Below, piece by piece: positions 24,774-39,700 of a stretch of 64,000 nt of DNA. Each line of letters starts with the position of its first letter. Positions within the stretch are counted from its first letter, which is position 1. The DNA comes from Octopus sinensis. Lineage: Eukaryota. The notes beneath the pieces are model-generated. The model was not told the origin of the DNA. It did not search any database and was given only the letters and a program-made list of their open reading frames with translations. The position numbers and the translations under genes were made by a program. The stretch lies in NCBI RefSeq assembly GCF_006345805.1, contig NC_042997.1, forward strand, positions 136,896,001 to 136,960,000. Direction: 5' to 3'.

Positions 24774-27700
24774 GTAAGCAGTTTAGTTCTTTGATATAAA
24801 ATGACCTGTATTGTTGTTTGCAACATGCTTTCGATACTTGACACACAATCTGTAGGTAAAAGAAACAGAAAGTTGGACTTGAAGACACAGCAGAAATGAA
24901 ATTCTGGTTGGTACGACCGCATTTTTGCCTATTCATTTGTTATATACATAGGAAGAATGTTTGTCTTTGTTTTCTTAACACCTTTCGCTTTATTTTCTTA
25001 ACACATATATTTTAGTATCAATTTATGATTGTAAAGATATTGTACTTTACTGTTGTGTAATAGTGTTTACTAATCTCATTACTATTTGATTGCTATTTAA
25101 CTATATTATTACTTTATATAACTCTGTTCCTTTTCAGCATTGTGAAATTATTATTGAGTTGTTTGTTGGTTATTTATTTAGCACAGTTTTGCCTGTGTCT
25201 TTTTGTTGTTGTTTTTCTGTTTCCTTTCCTTGCAGTCATAAAAAGCTTAAGCTAGCAAAGTACAGTAAGTAAACAGTTTAGTTCTTTGATATAAAATGAC
25301 CTGTATTGTTGTTTGCAACGTGCTTTCTATATTTGACACACCATCCGTAGGTAAAAGAAACAGATAGTTGGACTTGAAAGGACAGAAGCAACAAAATTGT
25401 GGCTTGTACAACCGCATTTTTGCGTATTCATTTGCTATATACATAGTAAGAATGTTCGTCTTTATTTTCTTAAAACCTTTTGCTTTATTTTCTTAACACA
25501 TATATTTAGTATCAATTTATGATCGTAAAATGTTTTGTAAATGACTGTTGCGTGCTAGTGTTTATTCATCTCTTTACTCTTTGATGCTAGTGACTACTAT
25601 TATTACTTTATAAAAATTGTGTTCCCTTTCAGCATTGTGAAATTATTATTGAGTTGTTTGTTGGTAATATGTTGAGCACAGTTTTGCTTCTGTGTTTCTG
25701 TTGTTGTTTTTCTGTTTGCCTTCCTTGCAGTGAAAAAAAGCTTAAGCTAGCAAAGTACAGTAAGTAAGCAGTTTAGTTCTTTGATATAAAATGACCTGTA
25801 TTGTTGTTTGCAACATGCTTTCGATACTTGACACACAATCTGTAGGTAAAAGAAACAGAAAGTTGAACTTGAAGACACAGCAGAAATGAAATTCTGGTTG
25901 GTACGACCGTATTTTTGCCTATTCATTTGTTATATACATAGGAAGAATGTTTGTCTTTGTTTTCTTAACACCTTTTGCTTTATTTTCTTAACACATATAT
26001 TTTAGTATCAAATTATGCTTGTAAAGATATTGTACTTTACTGTTGTGTACTAGTGTTTACTAATCTCATTACTATCTGATTGCTATTTAACTATATTATT
26101 ACTTTATATAACTCTGTTCCTTTCAGCATTGTGAAATTATTGTTGAGTGTTTGTTTGTTATTTATTGAGCACAATTTTGCCTGTGTCTTTTTGTTGTTTT
26201 TTTTTTCTTTCCTTTCCTTGCAGTCAAAAAAAGCTTAAGCTAGCAAAGTACAGTAAGTAAACAGTTCAGTTCTTTGATATAAAATGACCTGTATTGTTGT
26301 TTGCAACATGCTTTCTATATTTGACACACCATCTGTAGGTAAAAGAAACAGATAGTTGGACTTGAAAGGACAGAAGCAACAAAATTCTGGCTTGTACAAC
26401 CGCATTTTTGCGTATTCATTTGCTATATACATAGTAAGAATGTTCGTCTTTATTTTCTTAAAACCTTTTGCTTTATTTTGTTAACACACATATTTTAGTA
26501 TCAATTTATGATCGTAAAATGTATTGTAAATGACTGTTGCGTGCTAGTGTTTATTCATCTCTTTACTATTTGATTGCTAGTGAACTATATTATTACTTTA
26601 TGAAATTGTGTTCCCTTTCAGCATTGTGAAATTATTATTGAGTTGTTTGTTGGTAATATGTTGAGCACAGTTTTGCTTCTGTGTTTCTGTTGTTGTTTTC
26701 TGTTTGCTTTCCGCAGTCAAAAAAAAGCTTAAGCTAGCAAAGTACAGTAAGTAAGCAGTTTAGTTCTTTGATATAAAATGACCTGTATTGTTGTTTGCAA
26801 CATGCTTTCGATATTTGACACACAATCTGTAGGTAAAAGAAACAGAAAGTTGGACTTCAAGGCACAGCAGAATTGAAATTCTTGTTGGTACGACCGTATT
26901 TTTGCCTATTCATTTGTTATATTATAGTAAGAATGTTCGTCTTTAATTTCTTAACAACTTTTGCTTCATTTTTAACACATATATTTTAGTATCAATTTAT
27001 GATTGTAAAGATATTGTACTTTACTGTTGTGTACTAGTGTTTACTAATCTCATTACTATTTGATTGCTATTTAACTATATTATTACTTTATATAACTCTG
27101 TTCCTTTTCAGCATTGTGAAATTAATATTGAGTTGTTTGTTGGTAATATGTTGAGCACAGTTTTGCTTCTGTGTTTCTGTTGTTGTTTTTTGTGTTTCCT
27201 TTCCTTGCAGTCAAAAAAAGCTTAAGCTAGCAAAGTACAGTAAGTAAACGGTTTAGTTCTTTGATATAAAATGACCTGTATTGTTGTTTGCAACATGTTT
27301 CTATATTGACACACCATCTGTAGGTAAAAGAACAAATAGTTGGAATTGAAAGGACAGAAGCAACAAAATTCTGGCTCGTACAACCGCATTTTTGCCTATT
27401 CATTTGCTATATACATAGTAAGAATGTTCGTCTTTATTTTCTTAAAACCTTTTGCTTTATTTTCTTAACACATATATTTTAGTATCAATTTATGATCGTA
27501 AAATGTATTGTAAATGACTGTTGCGTGCTAGTGTTTATTCATCTCTTTACTATTTGATTGCTAGTTAACTATATTACTACTTTATAAAATTGTGTTCCCT
27601 TTCAGCATTGTGGAATTATTATTGAGTTGTTTGTTGGTTATTTGTTGAGCACAGTTTTGTATGTATGTTTCTCTTGTTGTTTTTTTTATTTGGTTTCCTT

Positions 27701-30700
27701 GCAGTGCAAAAAGCTTAAGCTAGCAAAGTACAGTAAGTAAGCAGTTTAGTTATTTGATATAAAATGTCCTGTATCGTTTGCAACATGCTTCTATATTTGA
27801 CACAGAATCTGTAGGTCAAAGAAAAACAGTAGTTGGACTTGAAAAGACAGAAGGAATGAAATTCTGGCTGTACGACGGCAGTTTTGCCTATTTATTATTG
27901 AGTTGTTTGTTGGTTATTTATTGAGCACAGTTTTGCCTGTGTCTTTTTGTTGTTTTCTCTGTTTGCTTTCCTTGCAGTGAAAAAAAGCGTAAGCTAGCAC
28001 AGTACAGTAAGTAAGCAGTTTAGTTCTTTGGTATAAAATGACCTGTTTTGTTGTTTGCAACATGCTTTCGATATCTGACAACAATCTGTAGGTAAAAGAA
28101 ACAGAAAGTTGGTCTTGAAGAGACAGAAGAAATGAAATTCTTGTTGGTACGACCGCATTTTTGCCTGTTCATTTGTTTATATTCATAGAAGAATGTTTGT
28201 CTTTGTTTTCTTAACACCTTTGCTTTATTTTCTAACACATATATTTTAGTGTCAATTTATGATTGTAAAGATATTGTACTTTACTGTTGTGTACTAGTGT
28301 TTACTAATCTCATTACTATTTGATTGCTATTTAACTATATTAATACTTTATATAACTCTGTTCCTTTTCAGCATTGTGAAATTATTATTGAGTTGTTTGT
28401 TGGTTATTTATTGAGCACAGTTTTGCCTGTGTCTTTTTGTTGTTGTTTTTCTGTTTCCTTTCCTTGCAGTCAAAAAAAGCTTAAGCTAGCAAAGTACAGT
28501 AAGTAAACAGTTTAGTTCTTTGATATAAAATGACCTGTATTGTTGTTTGCAACATGCTTTCTATATCTGACAGACCATTTGTAGGTAAAAGAAACAGATA
28601 GTTGGACTTGAAAGGACAGAAGCAACAAAATTGTGGCTTGTACAACCGCTTTTTTGCGTATTCATTTGCTATATACATAGTAAGAATGTTCGTCTTTATT
28701 TTCTTAAAACCTTTTGCTTTATTTTCTTAACACATATATTTTAGTACCAATTTATGATCGTAAAATGTATTGTAAATGACTGTTGCGTGCTAGTGTTTAT
28801 TCATCTCTTTACTATTTGATTGCTAGTTAACTATATTATTACTTTATAAAATTGTGTTCCTTTTCAGCATTGTGAAATTATTATTGAGTTGTTTGTTGGT
28901 TATTTGTTGAGCACAGTTTTGTATGTATGTTTCTCTTGTTGTTTTTTTTATTTGGTTTCCTTGCAGTGCAAAAAGCTTAAGCTAGCAAAGTACAGTAAGT
29001 AAGCAGTTTAGTTCTTTGATATAAAATGTCCTGTATTGTTTGCAACATGCTTTCTATATTTGACACAGAATCTGTAGGTCAAAGAAACAGATAGTTGGAC
29101 TTGAAAAGACAGAAGGAATGAAATTCTGGCTGGTACAACGGCATTTTTGCCTAGTTATTATTGAGTTGTTTGTTGGTTATTTATTGAGCACAGTTTTGCC
29201 TGTGTCTTTTTGTTGTTTTTCTGTTTGCTTTCCTTGCAGTGAAAAAAAGCTTAAGCTAGCAAAGTATAGTAAGTAAGCAGTTTAGTTCTTTGATATAAAA
29301 TGACCTGTTTTGTTGTTTGCAACATGCTTTCGATATTTGACACACAATCTGTAGGTAAAAGAAACAGAAAGTTGGTCTTGAAGAGACAGAAGAAATGAAA
29401 TTCTTGTTGGTACGACCGCATTTTTGCCTATTCATTTGTTATATACATAGGAAGAATGTTTGTCTTTGTTTTCTTAACACCTTTTGCTTTATTTTCTTAA
29501 CACATATATTTTAGTATCAATTTATGATTGTAAAGATATTGTACTTTACTGTTGTGTACTAGTGTTTACTAATCTCATTACTATTTGATTGCTATTTAAC
29601 TATATTAATACTTTATATAACTCTGTTCCTTTTCAGCATTGTGAAATTATTATTGAGTTGTTTGTTGGTTATTTATTGAGCACAGTTTTGCCTATGTCTT
29701 TTTCTTGTTGTTTTTCTGTTTCCTTTCCTTGCAGTGAAAAAAAGCTTAAGCTAGCAAAGTACAGTAAGTAAACAGTTTAGTTTTTTGATATAAAATGACC
29801 TGTATTGTTGTTTGCAACATGCTTTCTATATCTGACACACCATCTGTAGGTAATAGAAACAGATAGTTGGACTTGAAAGGACAGAAGCAACAAAATTGTG
29901 GCTTGTACAACCGCATTTTTGCCTATTCATTTGCTATATACATAGTAAGAATGTTCGTCTTTATTTCTTAAAACCTTTTGCTTTATTTTCTTAACACATA
30001 TATTTTAGTATCAATTTATGATCGTAAAATGTATTGTAAATGACTGTTGCGTGCTAGTGTTTATTCATCTCTTACTATTTGATTGCTAGTGAACTATATT
30101 ATTACTTTATAAAATTGTGTTCCCTTTCAGCATTGTGAAATTATTATTGAGTTGTTTGTTGGTAATATGTTGAGCACAGTTTTGCTTCTGTGTTTCTGTT
30201 GTTGTTTTCTGTTTGCCTTCCTTGCAGTGAAAAAAAGCTTAAGCTAGCAAAGTACAGTAAGTAAGCAGTTTAGTTCTTTGATATAAAATGACTTGTATTG
30301 TTGTTTGCAACATGCTTTCGATGCTTGACACACAATCTGTAGGTAAAAGAAACAGAAGTTGGACTTGAAGGCACAGCAGAAATGAAATTCTGGTTAGTAT
30401 GACCGCATTTTTGCCTATTCATTTGTTATATACATAGGAAGAATGTTTGTCTTTGTTTCTTAACACCTTTTGCTTTATTTTCTTAACACATATATTTTAG
30501 TATCAATTTATGATTTTAAAGATATTGTACTTTACTGTTGTGTACTAGTGTTTACTAATCTCATTACTATTTGATTGCTATTTAACTATATTATTGCTTT
30601 ATATAACTCTGTTCCTTTTCAGCATTGTGAAATTATTATTGAGTTGTTTGTTATTTATTGAGCACAATTTTGCCTGTGTCTTTTTGTTGTTGTTTTTCTG

Positions 30701-33700
30701 TTTCCTTCCTTGCAGTCAAAAAAGCTTTAGCTAGCAAAGTACAGTAAGTAAGCAGTTTAGTTCTTTGATATAAAATGACCTGTATTGTTGTTTTGCAACA
30801 TGCTTTCGATATTTGACACACAATCTGTAGGTAAAAGAAACAGAAAGTTGGTCTTGAAGAGACAGAAGAAATGAAATTCTTGTTGGTGCGACCGCATTTT
30901 TGCCTATTCATTTGTTATATATATAGTAAGAATGTTCGTCTTTAATTTCTTAACAACTTTTGCTTCATTTTCTTAACACATATATTTTAGTATCAATTTA
31001 TGATTGTAAAGATATTGTACTTTACTGTTGTGTACTAGTGTTTACTAATCTCATTACTATTTGATTGCTATTTAACTATATTATTACTTTATATAACTCT
31101 GTTCCTTTTCAGCATTGTGAAATTAATATTGAGTTGTTTGTTGGTAATATGTTGAGCACAGTTTTGCTTCTGTGTTTCTGTTGTTGTTTTTTGTGTTTCC
31201 TTTCCTTGCAGTCAAAAAAAGCTTAAGCTAGCAAAGTACAGTAAGTAAACGGTTTAGTTCTTTGATATAAAATGACCTGTATTGTTGTTTGCAACATGCT
31301 TTCTATATCTGACACACCATCTGTAGGTAAAAGAAACAGATAGTTGGAATTGAAAGGACAGAAGCAACAAAATTGTGGCTTGTACAACCGCATTTTTGCC
31401 TATTCATTTGCTATATACATAGTAAGAATGTTCGTCTTTATTTTCTTAAAACCTTTTGCTTTATTTTCTTAACACATATATTTTAGTATCAATTTACGAT
31501 CGTAAAATGTATTGTAAATGACTGTTGCGTGCTAGTGTTTATTCATCTCTTTACTATTTTATTGCTAGTGAACTATATTATTACTTTATAAAATTGTGTT
31601 CCCTTTCAGCATTGTGAAATTATTATTGAGTTGTTTGTTGGTAATATGTTGAGCACAGTTTTGCTTCTGTGTTTCTGTTGTTGTTTTTCTGTTTGCCTTC
31701 CTTGCAGTGAAAAAAAGCTTAAGCTAGCAAAGTACAGTAAGTAAGCAGTTTAGTTCTTTGATATAAAATGACTTGTATTGTTGTTTGCAACATGCTTTCG
31801 ATGCTTGACACACAATCTGTAGGTAAAAGAAACAGAAAGTTGGACTTGAAGGCACAGCAGAAATGAAATTCTGGTTAGTATGACCGCATTTTTGCCTATT
31901 CATTTGTTATATACATAGGAAGAATGTTTGTCTTTGTTTTCTTAACACCTTTTGCTTTATTTTCTTAACACATATATTTTAGTATCAATTTATGATTTTA
32001 AAGATATTGTACTTTACTGTTGTGTACTAGTGTTTACTAATCTCATTACTATTTGATTGCTATTTAACTATATTATTGCTTTATATAACTCTGTTCCTTT
32101 TCAGCATTGTGAAATTATTATTGAGTTGTTTGTTATTTATTGAGCACAATTTTGCCTGTGTCTTTTTGTTGTGTTTTTTGTGTTTCCTTTCCTTGCAGTC
32201 AAAAAAGCTTAAGCTAGCGAAGTACAGTAAGTAAAACAGTTCAGTTCTTTGTTATAAAATGACCTGTATTGTTGTTTGCAACATGCTTTCTATATTTGAC
32301 ACACCATCTGTAGGTAAAAGAAACAGATAGTTGGAATTGAAAGGACAGAAGCAACAAAATTGTGGCTTGTACAACCGCATTTTTGCCTATTCATTTGCTA
32401 TATACATAGTAAGAATGTTCGTCTTTATTTTCTTAAAACCTTTTGCTTTATGTTCTTAACACATATATTTTAGTATCAATTTATGATCGTAAAATGTATT
32501 GTAAATGACGGTTGCATGCTAGTGTTTATCCATCTCTTTACTATTTGATTGCTAGTTAACTATATTATTACTTTATAAAATTGTGTTCCCTTTCAGCATT
32601 GTGGAATTATTATTGAGTTGTTTGTTGGTTAGTTGTTGAGCACAGTTTTGTATGTATGTTTCTCTTGTTGTTTTTTTTATTTGGTTTCCTTGCAGTGCAA
32701 AAAGCTTAAGCTAGCAAAGTACAGTAAGTAAGCAGTTTAGTTATTTGATATAAAATGTCCTGTATTGTTTGCAACATGCTTTCTATATTTGACACAGAAT
32801 CTGTAGGTCAAAGAAACTGATAGTTGGACTTGAAAAGACAGAAGGAATGAAATTCTGGCTGCTACAACGGCATTTTTGCCTATTTATTATTGAGTTGTTT
32901 GTTGGTTATTTATTGAGCACAGTTTTGCCTGTGTCTTTTTGTTGTTGTGTACTAGTGTTTACTAATCTCATTACTATTTGATTACTATTTAACTATATTA
33001 TTGCTTTATATAACTCTGTTCCTTTTCAGCATTGTGAAATTATTATTGAGTTGTTTGTTATTTATTGAGCACAATTTTGCCTGTGTCTTTTTGTTGTTGT
33101 TTTTTCTGTTTCCTTTCCTTGCAGTCAAAAAAAGCTTAAGCTAGCAAAGTACAGTAAGTAAACAGTTCAGTTCTTTGTTATAAAATGACCTGTATTGTTG
33201 TTTGCAACATGCTTTCTATATTTGACACACCATCTGTAGGTAAAAGAAACAGATAGTTGGAATTGAAAGGACAGAAGCAACAAAATTATGGCTTGTACAA
33301 CCGCATTTTTGCCTATTCATTTGCTATATACATAGTAAGAATGTTCGTCTTTATTTTCTTAAAACCTTTTGCCTTATTTTCTTAACACATATATTTTAGT
33401 ATCATTTATGATCGTAAAATGTATTGTAAATGACGGTTGCATGCTAGTGTTATCCATCTCTTTACTATTTGATTGCTAGTTAACTATATTATTACTTTTA
33501 TAAATTGTGTTCCCTTTCAGCATTGTGGAGTTATTATTGAGTTGTTTGTTGGTTAGTTGTTGAGCACAGTTTTGTATGTATGTTGTTCTCTTGTTTTTTT
33601 TATTATTTGGTTTCCTTGCAGTGCAAAAAGCTTAAGCTAGCAAAGTACAGTAAGTAAGCAGTTTAGTATTTGATATAAAATGTCCTGTATTGTTTGCAAC

Positions 33701-36700
33701 ATGCTTTCTATATTTGACACAGAATCTGTAGGTCAAAGAAACAGATAGTTGGACTTGAAAAGACAGAAGAATGAAATTCTGGCTGGTACGACGGCAGTTT
33801 TGCCTATTTATTATTGAGTTGTTTGTTGGTTATTTATTGAGCACAGTTTGCCTGTGTCTTTTTGTTGTTTTTCTGTTTGCTTTCCTTGCAGTGAAAAAAA
33901 GCTTAAGCTAGCAAAGTACAGTAAGTAAGCAGTTTAGTTCTTTGATATAAAATGACCTGTTTTGTGTTTGCAACATGCTTTCGATATTTGACACACAATC
34001 TGTAGGTAAAAGAAACAGAAAGTTGGTCTTGAAGAGACAGAGAAAAATGAAATTCTTGTTGGTGCGACCGCATTTTTGCCTATTCATTTGTTATATACAT
34101 AGGAAGAATGTTTGTCTTTGTTTTCTTAACACCTTTTGCTTTATTTTCTTAACACATATATTTTAGTATCAATTTATGATTGTAAAGATATTGTACTTTA
34201 CTGTTGTGTACTAGTGTTTACTAATCTCATTACTATTTGATTGCTATTTAACTATATTAATACTTTATATAACTCTGTTCCTTTTCAGCATTGTGAAATT
34301 ATTATTAAGTTGTTTGTTGGTTATTTATTGAGCACAGTTTTGCCTATGTCTTTTTGTTGTTGTTTTTCTGTTTCCTTTCCTTGCAGTGAAAAAAAGCTTA
34401 AGCTAGCAAAGTACAGTAAGTAAACAGTTTAGTTCTTTGATATAAAATGACCTGTATTGTTGTTTGCAACGTGCTTTCTATATTTGACACACCATCCGTA
34501 GGTAAAAGAAACAGATAGTTGGACTTGAAAGGACAGAAGCAACAAAATTGTGGCTTGTACAACCGCATTTTTGCGTATTCATTTGCTATATACATAGTAA
34601 GAATGTTCGTCTTTATTTTCTTAAAACCTTTTGCTTTATTTTCTTAACACATATATTTTAGTATCAATTTATGATCGTAAAATGTTTTGTAAATGACTGT
34701 TGCGTGCTAGTGTTTATTCATCTCTTTACTCTTTGATTGCTAGTGAACTATATTATTACTTTATAAAATTGTGTTCCCTTTCAGCATTGTGAAATTATTA
34801 TTGAGTTGTTTGTTGGTAATATGTTGAGCACAGTTTTGCTTTGTGTTTCTGTTGTTGTTTTTTCTGTTTGCCTTCCTTGCAGTGAAAAAAAGCTTAAGCT
34901 AGCAAAGTACAGTAAGTAGCAGTTTAGTTCTTTGATATAAAATGACCTGTATTGTTGGTTTGCAACATGCTTCGATACTTGACACACATCTGTAGGTAAA
35001 AGAAACAGAAAGTTGAACTTGAAGACACAGCAGAATGAAATTCTGGTTGGTACGACCGTTTTTTGCCTATTCATTTGTTATATACATAGGAAGAATGTTT
35101 GTCTTTGTTTTCTTAACACCTTTTGCTTTATTTTCTTAACACATATATTTTAGTATCAAATTATGCTTGTAAAGATATTGTACTTTACTGTTGTGTACTA
35201 GTGTTTACTAATCTCATTACTATCTGATTGCTATTTAACTATATTATTACTTTATATAACTCTGTTCCTTTTCAGCATTGTGAAATTATTGTTGAGTTGT
35301 TTGTTTGTTATTTATTGAGCACAATTTTGCCTGTGTCTTTTTGTTGTTTTTTTTTCTGTTTCCTTTCCTTGCAGTCAAAAAAAGCTTAAGCTAGCAAAGT
35401 ACAGTAAGTAAACAGTTCAGTTCTTTGATATAAAATGACCTGTATTGTTGTTTGCAACATGCTTTCTATATTTGACACACCATCTGTAGGTAAAAGAAAC
35501 AGATAGTTGGACTTGAAAGGACAGAAGCAACAAAATTCTGGCTTGTACAACCGCATTTTTGCGTATTCATTTGCTATATACATAGTAAGAATGTTCGTCT
35601 TTATTTTCTTAAAACCTTTTGCTTTATTTGTTAACACACATATTTTAGTATCAATTTATGATCGTAAAATGTATTGTAAATGACTGTTGCGTGCTAGTGT
35701 TTATTCATCTCTTTACTATTTGATTGCTAGTGAACTATATTATTACTTTATGAAATTGTGTTCCCTTTCAGCATTGTGAAATTATTATTGAGTTGTTTGT
35801 TGGTAATATGTTGAGCACAGTTTTGCTTCTGTGTTTCTGTTGTTGTTTTTCTGTTTGCTTTCCTTGCAGTCAAAAAAAGCTTAAGCTAGCAAAGTACAGT
35901 AAGTAAGCAGTTTAGTTCTTTGATATAAAATGACCTGTATTGTTGTTTGCAACATGCTTTCGATATTTGACACACAATCTGTAGGTAAAAGAAACAGAAA
36001 GTTGGACTTCAAGGCACAGCAGAATTGAAATTCTTGTTGGTACGACCGTATTTTTGCCTATTCATTTGTTATATATATAGTAAGAATGTTCGTCTTTAAT
36101 TTCTTAACAACTTTTGCTTCATTTTCTTAACACATATATTTTAGTATCAATTTATGATTGTAAAGATATTGTACTTTACTGTTGTGTACTAGTGTTTACT
36201 AATCTCATTACTATTTGATTGCTATTTAACTATATTATTACTTTATATAACTCTGTTCCTTTTCAGCATTGTGAAATTAATATTGAGTTGTTTGTTGGTA
36301 ATATGTTGAGCACAGTTTTGCTTCTGTGTTTCTGTTGTTGTTTTTTGTGTTTCCTTTCCTTGCAGTCAAAAAAAGCTTAAGCTAGCAAAGTACAGTAAGT
36401 AAACGGTTTAGTTCTTTGATATAAAATGACCTGTATTGTTGTTTGCAACATGTTTCTATATTTGACACACCATCTGTAGGTAAAAGAAACAGATAGTTGG
36501 AATTGAAAGGACAGAAGCAACAAAATTCTGGCTCGTACAACCGCATTTTTGCCTATTCATTTGCTATATACATAGTAAGAATGTTCGTCTTTATTTTCTT
36601 AAAACCTTTTGCTTTATTTTCTTAACACATATATTTTAGTATCAATTTATGATCGTAAAATGTATTGTAAATGACTGTTGCGTGCTAGTGTTTATTCATC

Positions 36701-39700
36701 TCTTTACTATTTGATTGCTAGTTAACTATATTACTACTTTATAAAATTGTGTTCCCTTTCAGCATTGTGGAATTATTATTGAGTTGTTTGGTTGTTATTG
36801 TTGAGCACAGTTTTGTATGTATGTTTCTCTTGTTGTTTTTTTATTTGGTTTCCTTGCAGTGCAAAAAGCTTAAGCTAGCAAAGTACAGTAAGTAAGCAGT
36901 TTAGTTATTTGATATAAAATGTCCTGTATCGTTTGCAACATGCTTTCTATATTTGACACAGAATCTGTAGGTCAAAGAAACAGATAGTTGGACTTGAAAA
37001 GACAGAAGGAATGAAATTCTGGCTGGTACGACGGCAGTTTTGCCTATTTATTATTGAGTTGTTTGTTGGTTATTTATTGAGCACAGTTTTGCCTGTGTCT
37101 TTTTGTTGTTTTTCTGTTTGCTTTCCTTGCAGTGAAAAAAAGCGTAAGCTAGCACAGTACAGTAAGTAAGCAGTTTAGTTCTTTGGTATAAAATGACCTG
37201 TTTTGTTGTTTGCAACATGCTTTCGATATCTGACAAACAATCTGTAGGTAAAAGAAACAGAAAGTTGGTCTTGAAGAGACAGAAGAAATGAAATTCTTGT
37301 TGGTACGACCGCATTTTTGCCTGTTCATTTGTTATATTCATAGAAAGAATGTTTGTCTTTGTTTTCTTAACACCTTTTGCTTTATTTTCTTAACACATAT
37401 ATTTTAGTGTCAATTTATGATTGTAAAGATATTGTACTTTACTGTTGTGTACTAGTGTTTACTAATCTCATTACTATTTGATTGCTATTTAACTATATTA
37501 ATACTTTATATAACTCTGTTCCTTTTCAGCATTGTGAAATTATTATTGAGTTGTTTGTTGGTTATTTATTGAGCACAGTTTTGCCTGTGTCTTTTTGTTG
37601 TTGTTTTTCTGTTTCCTTTCCTTGCAGTCAAAAAAAGCTTAAGCTAGCAAAGTACAGTAAGTAAACAGTTTAGTTCTTTGATATAAAATGACCTGTATTG
37701 TTGTTTGCAACATGCTTTCTATATCTGACAGACCATTTGTAGGTAAAAGAAACAGATAGTTGGACTTGAAAGGACAGAAGCAACAAAATTGTGGCTTGTA
37801 CAACCGTTTTGCGTATTCATTTGCTATATACATAGTAAGAATGTTCGTCTTTATTTTCTTAAAACCTTTTGCTTTATTTTCTTAACACATATATTTTAGT
37901 ACCAATTTATGATCGTAAAATGTATTGTAAATGACTGTTGCGTGCTAGTGTTTATTCATCTCTTTACTATTGATGCAGTAGTAACTATATTATTACTTTA
38001 TAAAATTGTGTTCCTTTTCAGCATTGTGAAATTATTATTGAGTTGTTTGTTGGTTATTTGTTGAGCACAGTTTTGTATGTATGTTTCTCTTGTTGTTTTT
38101 TTTATTTGGTTTCCTTGCAGTGCAAAAAGCTTAAGCTAGCAAAGTACAGTAAGTAAGCAGTTTAGTTCTTTGATATAAAATGTCCTGTATTGTTTGCAAC
38201 ATGCTTTCTATATTTGACACAGAATCTGTAGGTCAAAGAAACAGATAGTTGGACTTGAAAAGACAGAAGGAATGAAATTCTGGCTGGTACAACGGCATTT
38301 TTGCCTAGTTATTATTGAGTTGTTTGTTGGTTATTTATTGAGCACAGTTTTGCCTGTGTCTTTTTGTTGTTTTTCTGTTTGCTTTCCTTGCAGTGAAAAA
38401 AGCTTAAGCTAGCAAAGTATAGTAAGTAAGCAGTTTAGTTCTTTGATATAAAATGACCTGTTTGTTGTTTGCAACATGCTTTCGATATTTGACACACAAT
38501 CTGTAGGTAAAAGAAACAGAAAGTTGGTCTTGAAGAGACAGAAGAAATGAAATTCTTGTTGGTACGACCGCATTTTTGCCTATTCATTTGTTATATACAT
38601 AGGAAGAATGTTTGTCTTTGTTTTCTTAACACCTTTTGCTTTATTTTCTTAACACATATATTTTAGTATCAATTTATGATTGTAAAGATATTGTACTTTA
38701 CTGTTGTGTACTAGTGTTTACTAATCTCATTACTTTGATTGCTATTTAACTATATTAATACTTTATATAACTCTGTTCCTTTTCAGCATTGTGAAATTAT
38801 TATTGAGTTGTTTGTTGGTTATTTATTGAGCACAGTTTTGCCTATGTCTTTTTCTTGTTGTTTTTCTGTTTCCTTTCCTTGCAGTGAAAAAAAGCTTAAG
38901 CTAGCAAAGTACAGTAAGTAAACAGTTTAGTTTTTTGATATAAAATGACCTGTATTGTTGTTTGCAACATGCTTTCTATATCTGACACACCATCTGTAGG
39001 TAATAGAAACAGATAGTTGGACTTGAAAGGACAGAAGCAACAAAATTGTGGCTTGTACAACCGCATTTTTGCCTATTCATTTGCTATATACATAGTAAGA
39101 ATGTTCGTCTTTATTTTCTTAAAACCTTTTGCTTTATTTTCTTAACACATATATTTTAGTATCAATTTATGATCGTAAAATGTATTGTAAATGACTGTTG
39201 CGTGCTAGTGTTTATTCATCTCTTTACTATTTGATTGCTAGTGAACTATATTATTACTTTATAAAATTGTGTTCCCTTTCAGCATTGTGAAATTATTATT
39301 GAGTTGTTTGTTGGTAATATGTTGAGCACAGTTTTGCTTCTGTGTTTCTGTTGTTGTTTTCTGTTTGCCTTCCTTGCAGTGAAAAAAAGCTTAAGCTAGC
39401 AAAGTACAGTAAGTAAGCAGTTTAGTTCTTTGATATAAAATGACTTGTATTGTTGTTTGCAACATGCTTTCGATGCTTGACACACAATCTGTAGGTAAAA
39501 GAAACAGAAAGTTGGACTTGAAGGCACAGCAGAAATGAAATTCTGGTTAGTATGACCGCATTTTTGCCTATTCATTTGTTATATACATAGGAAGAATGTT
39601 TGTCTTTGTTTTCTTAACACCTTTTGCTTTATTTTCTTAACACATATATTTTAGTATCAATTTATGATTTTAAAGATATTGTACTTTACTGTTGTGTACT

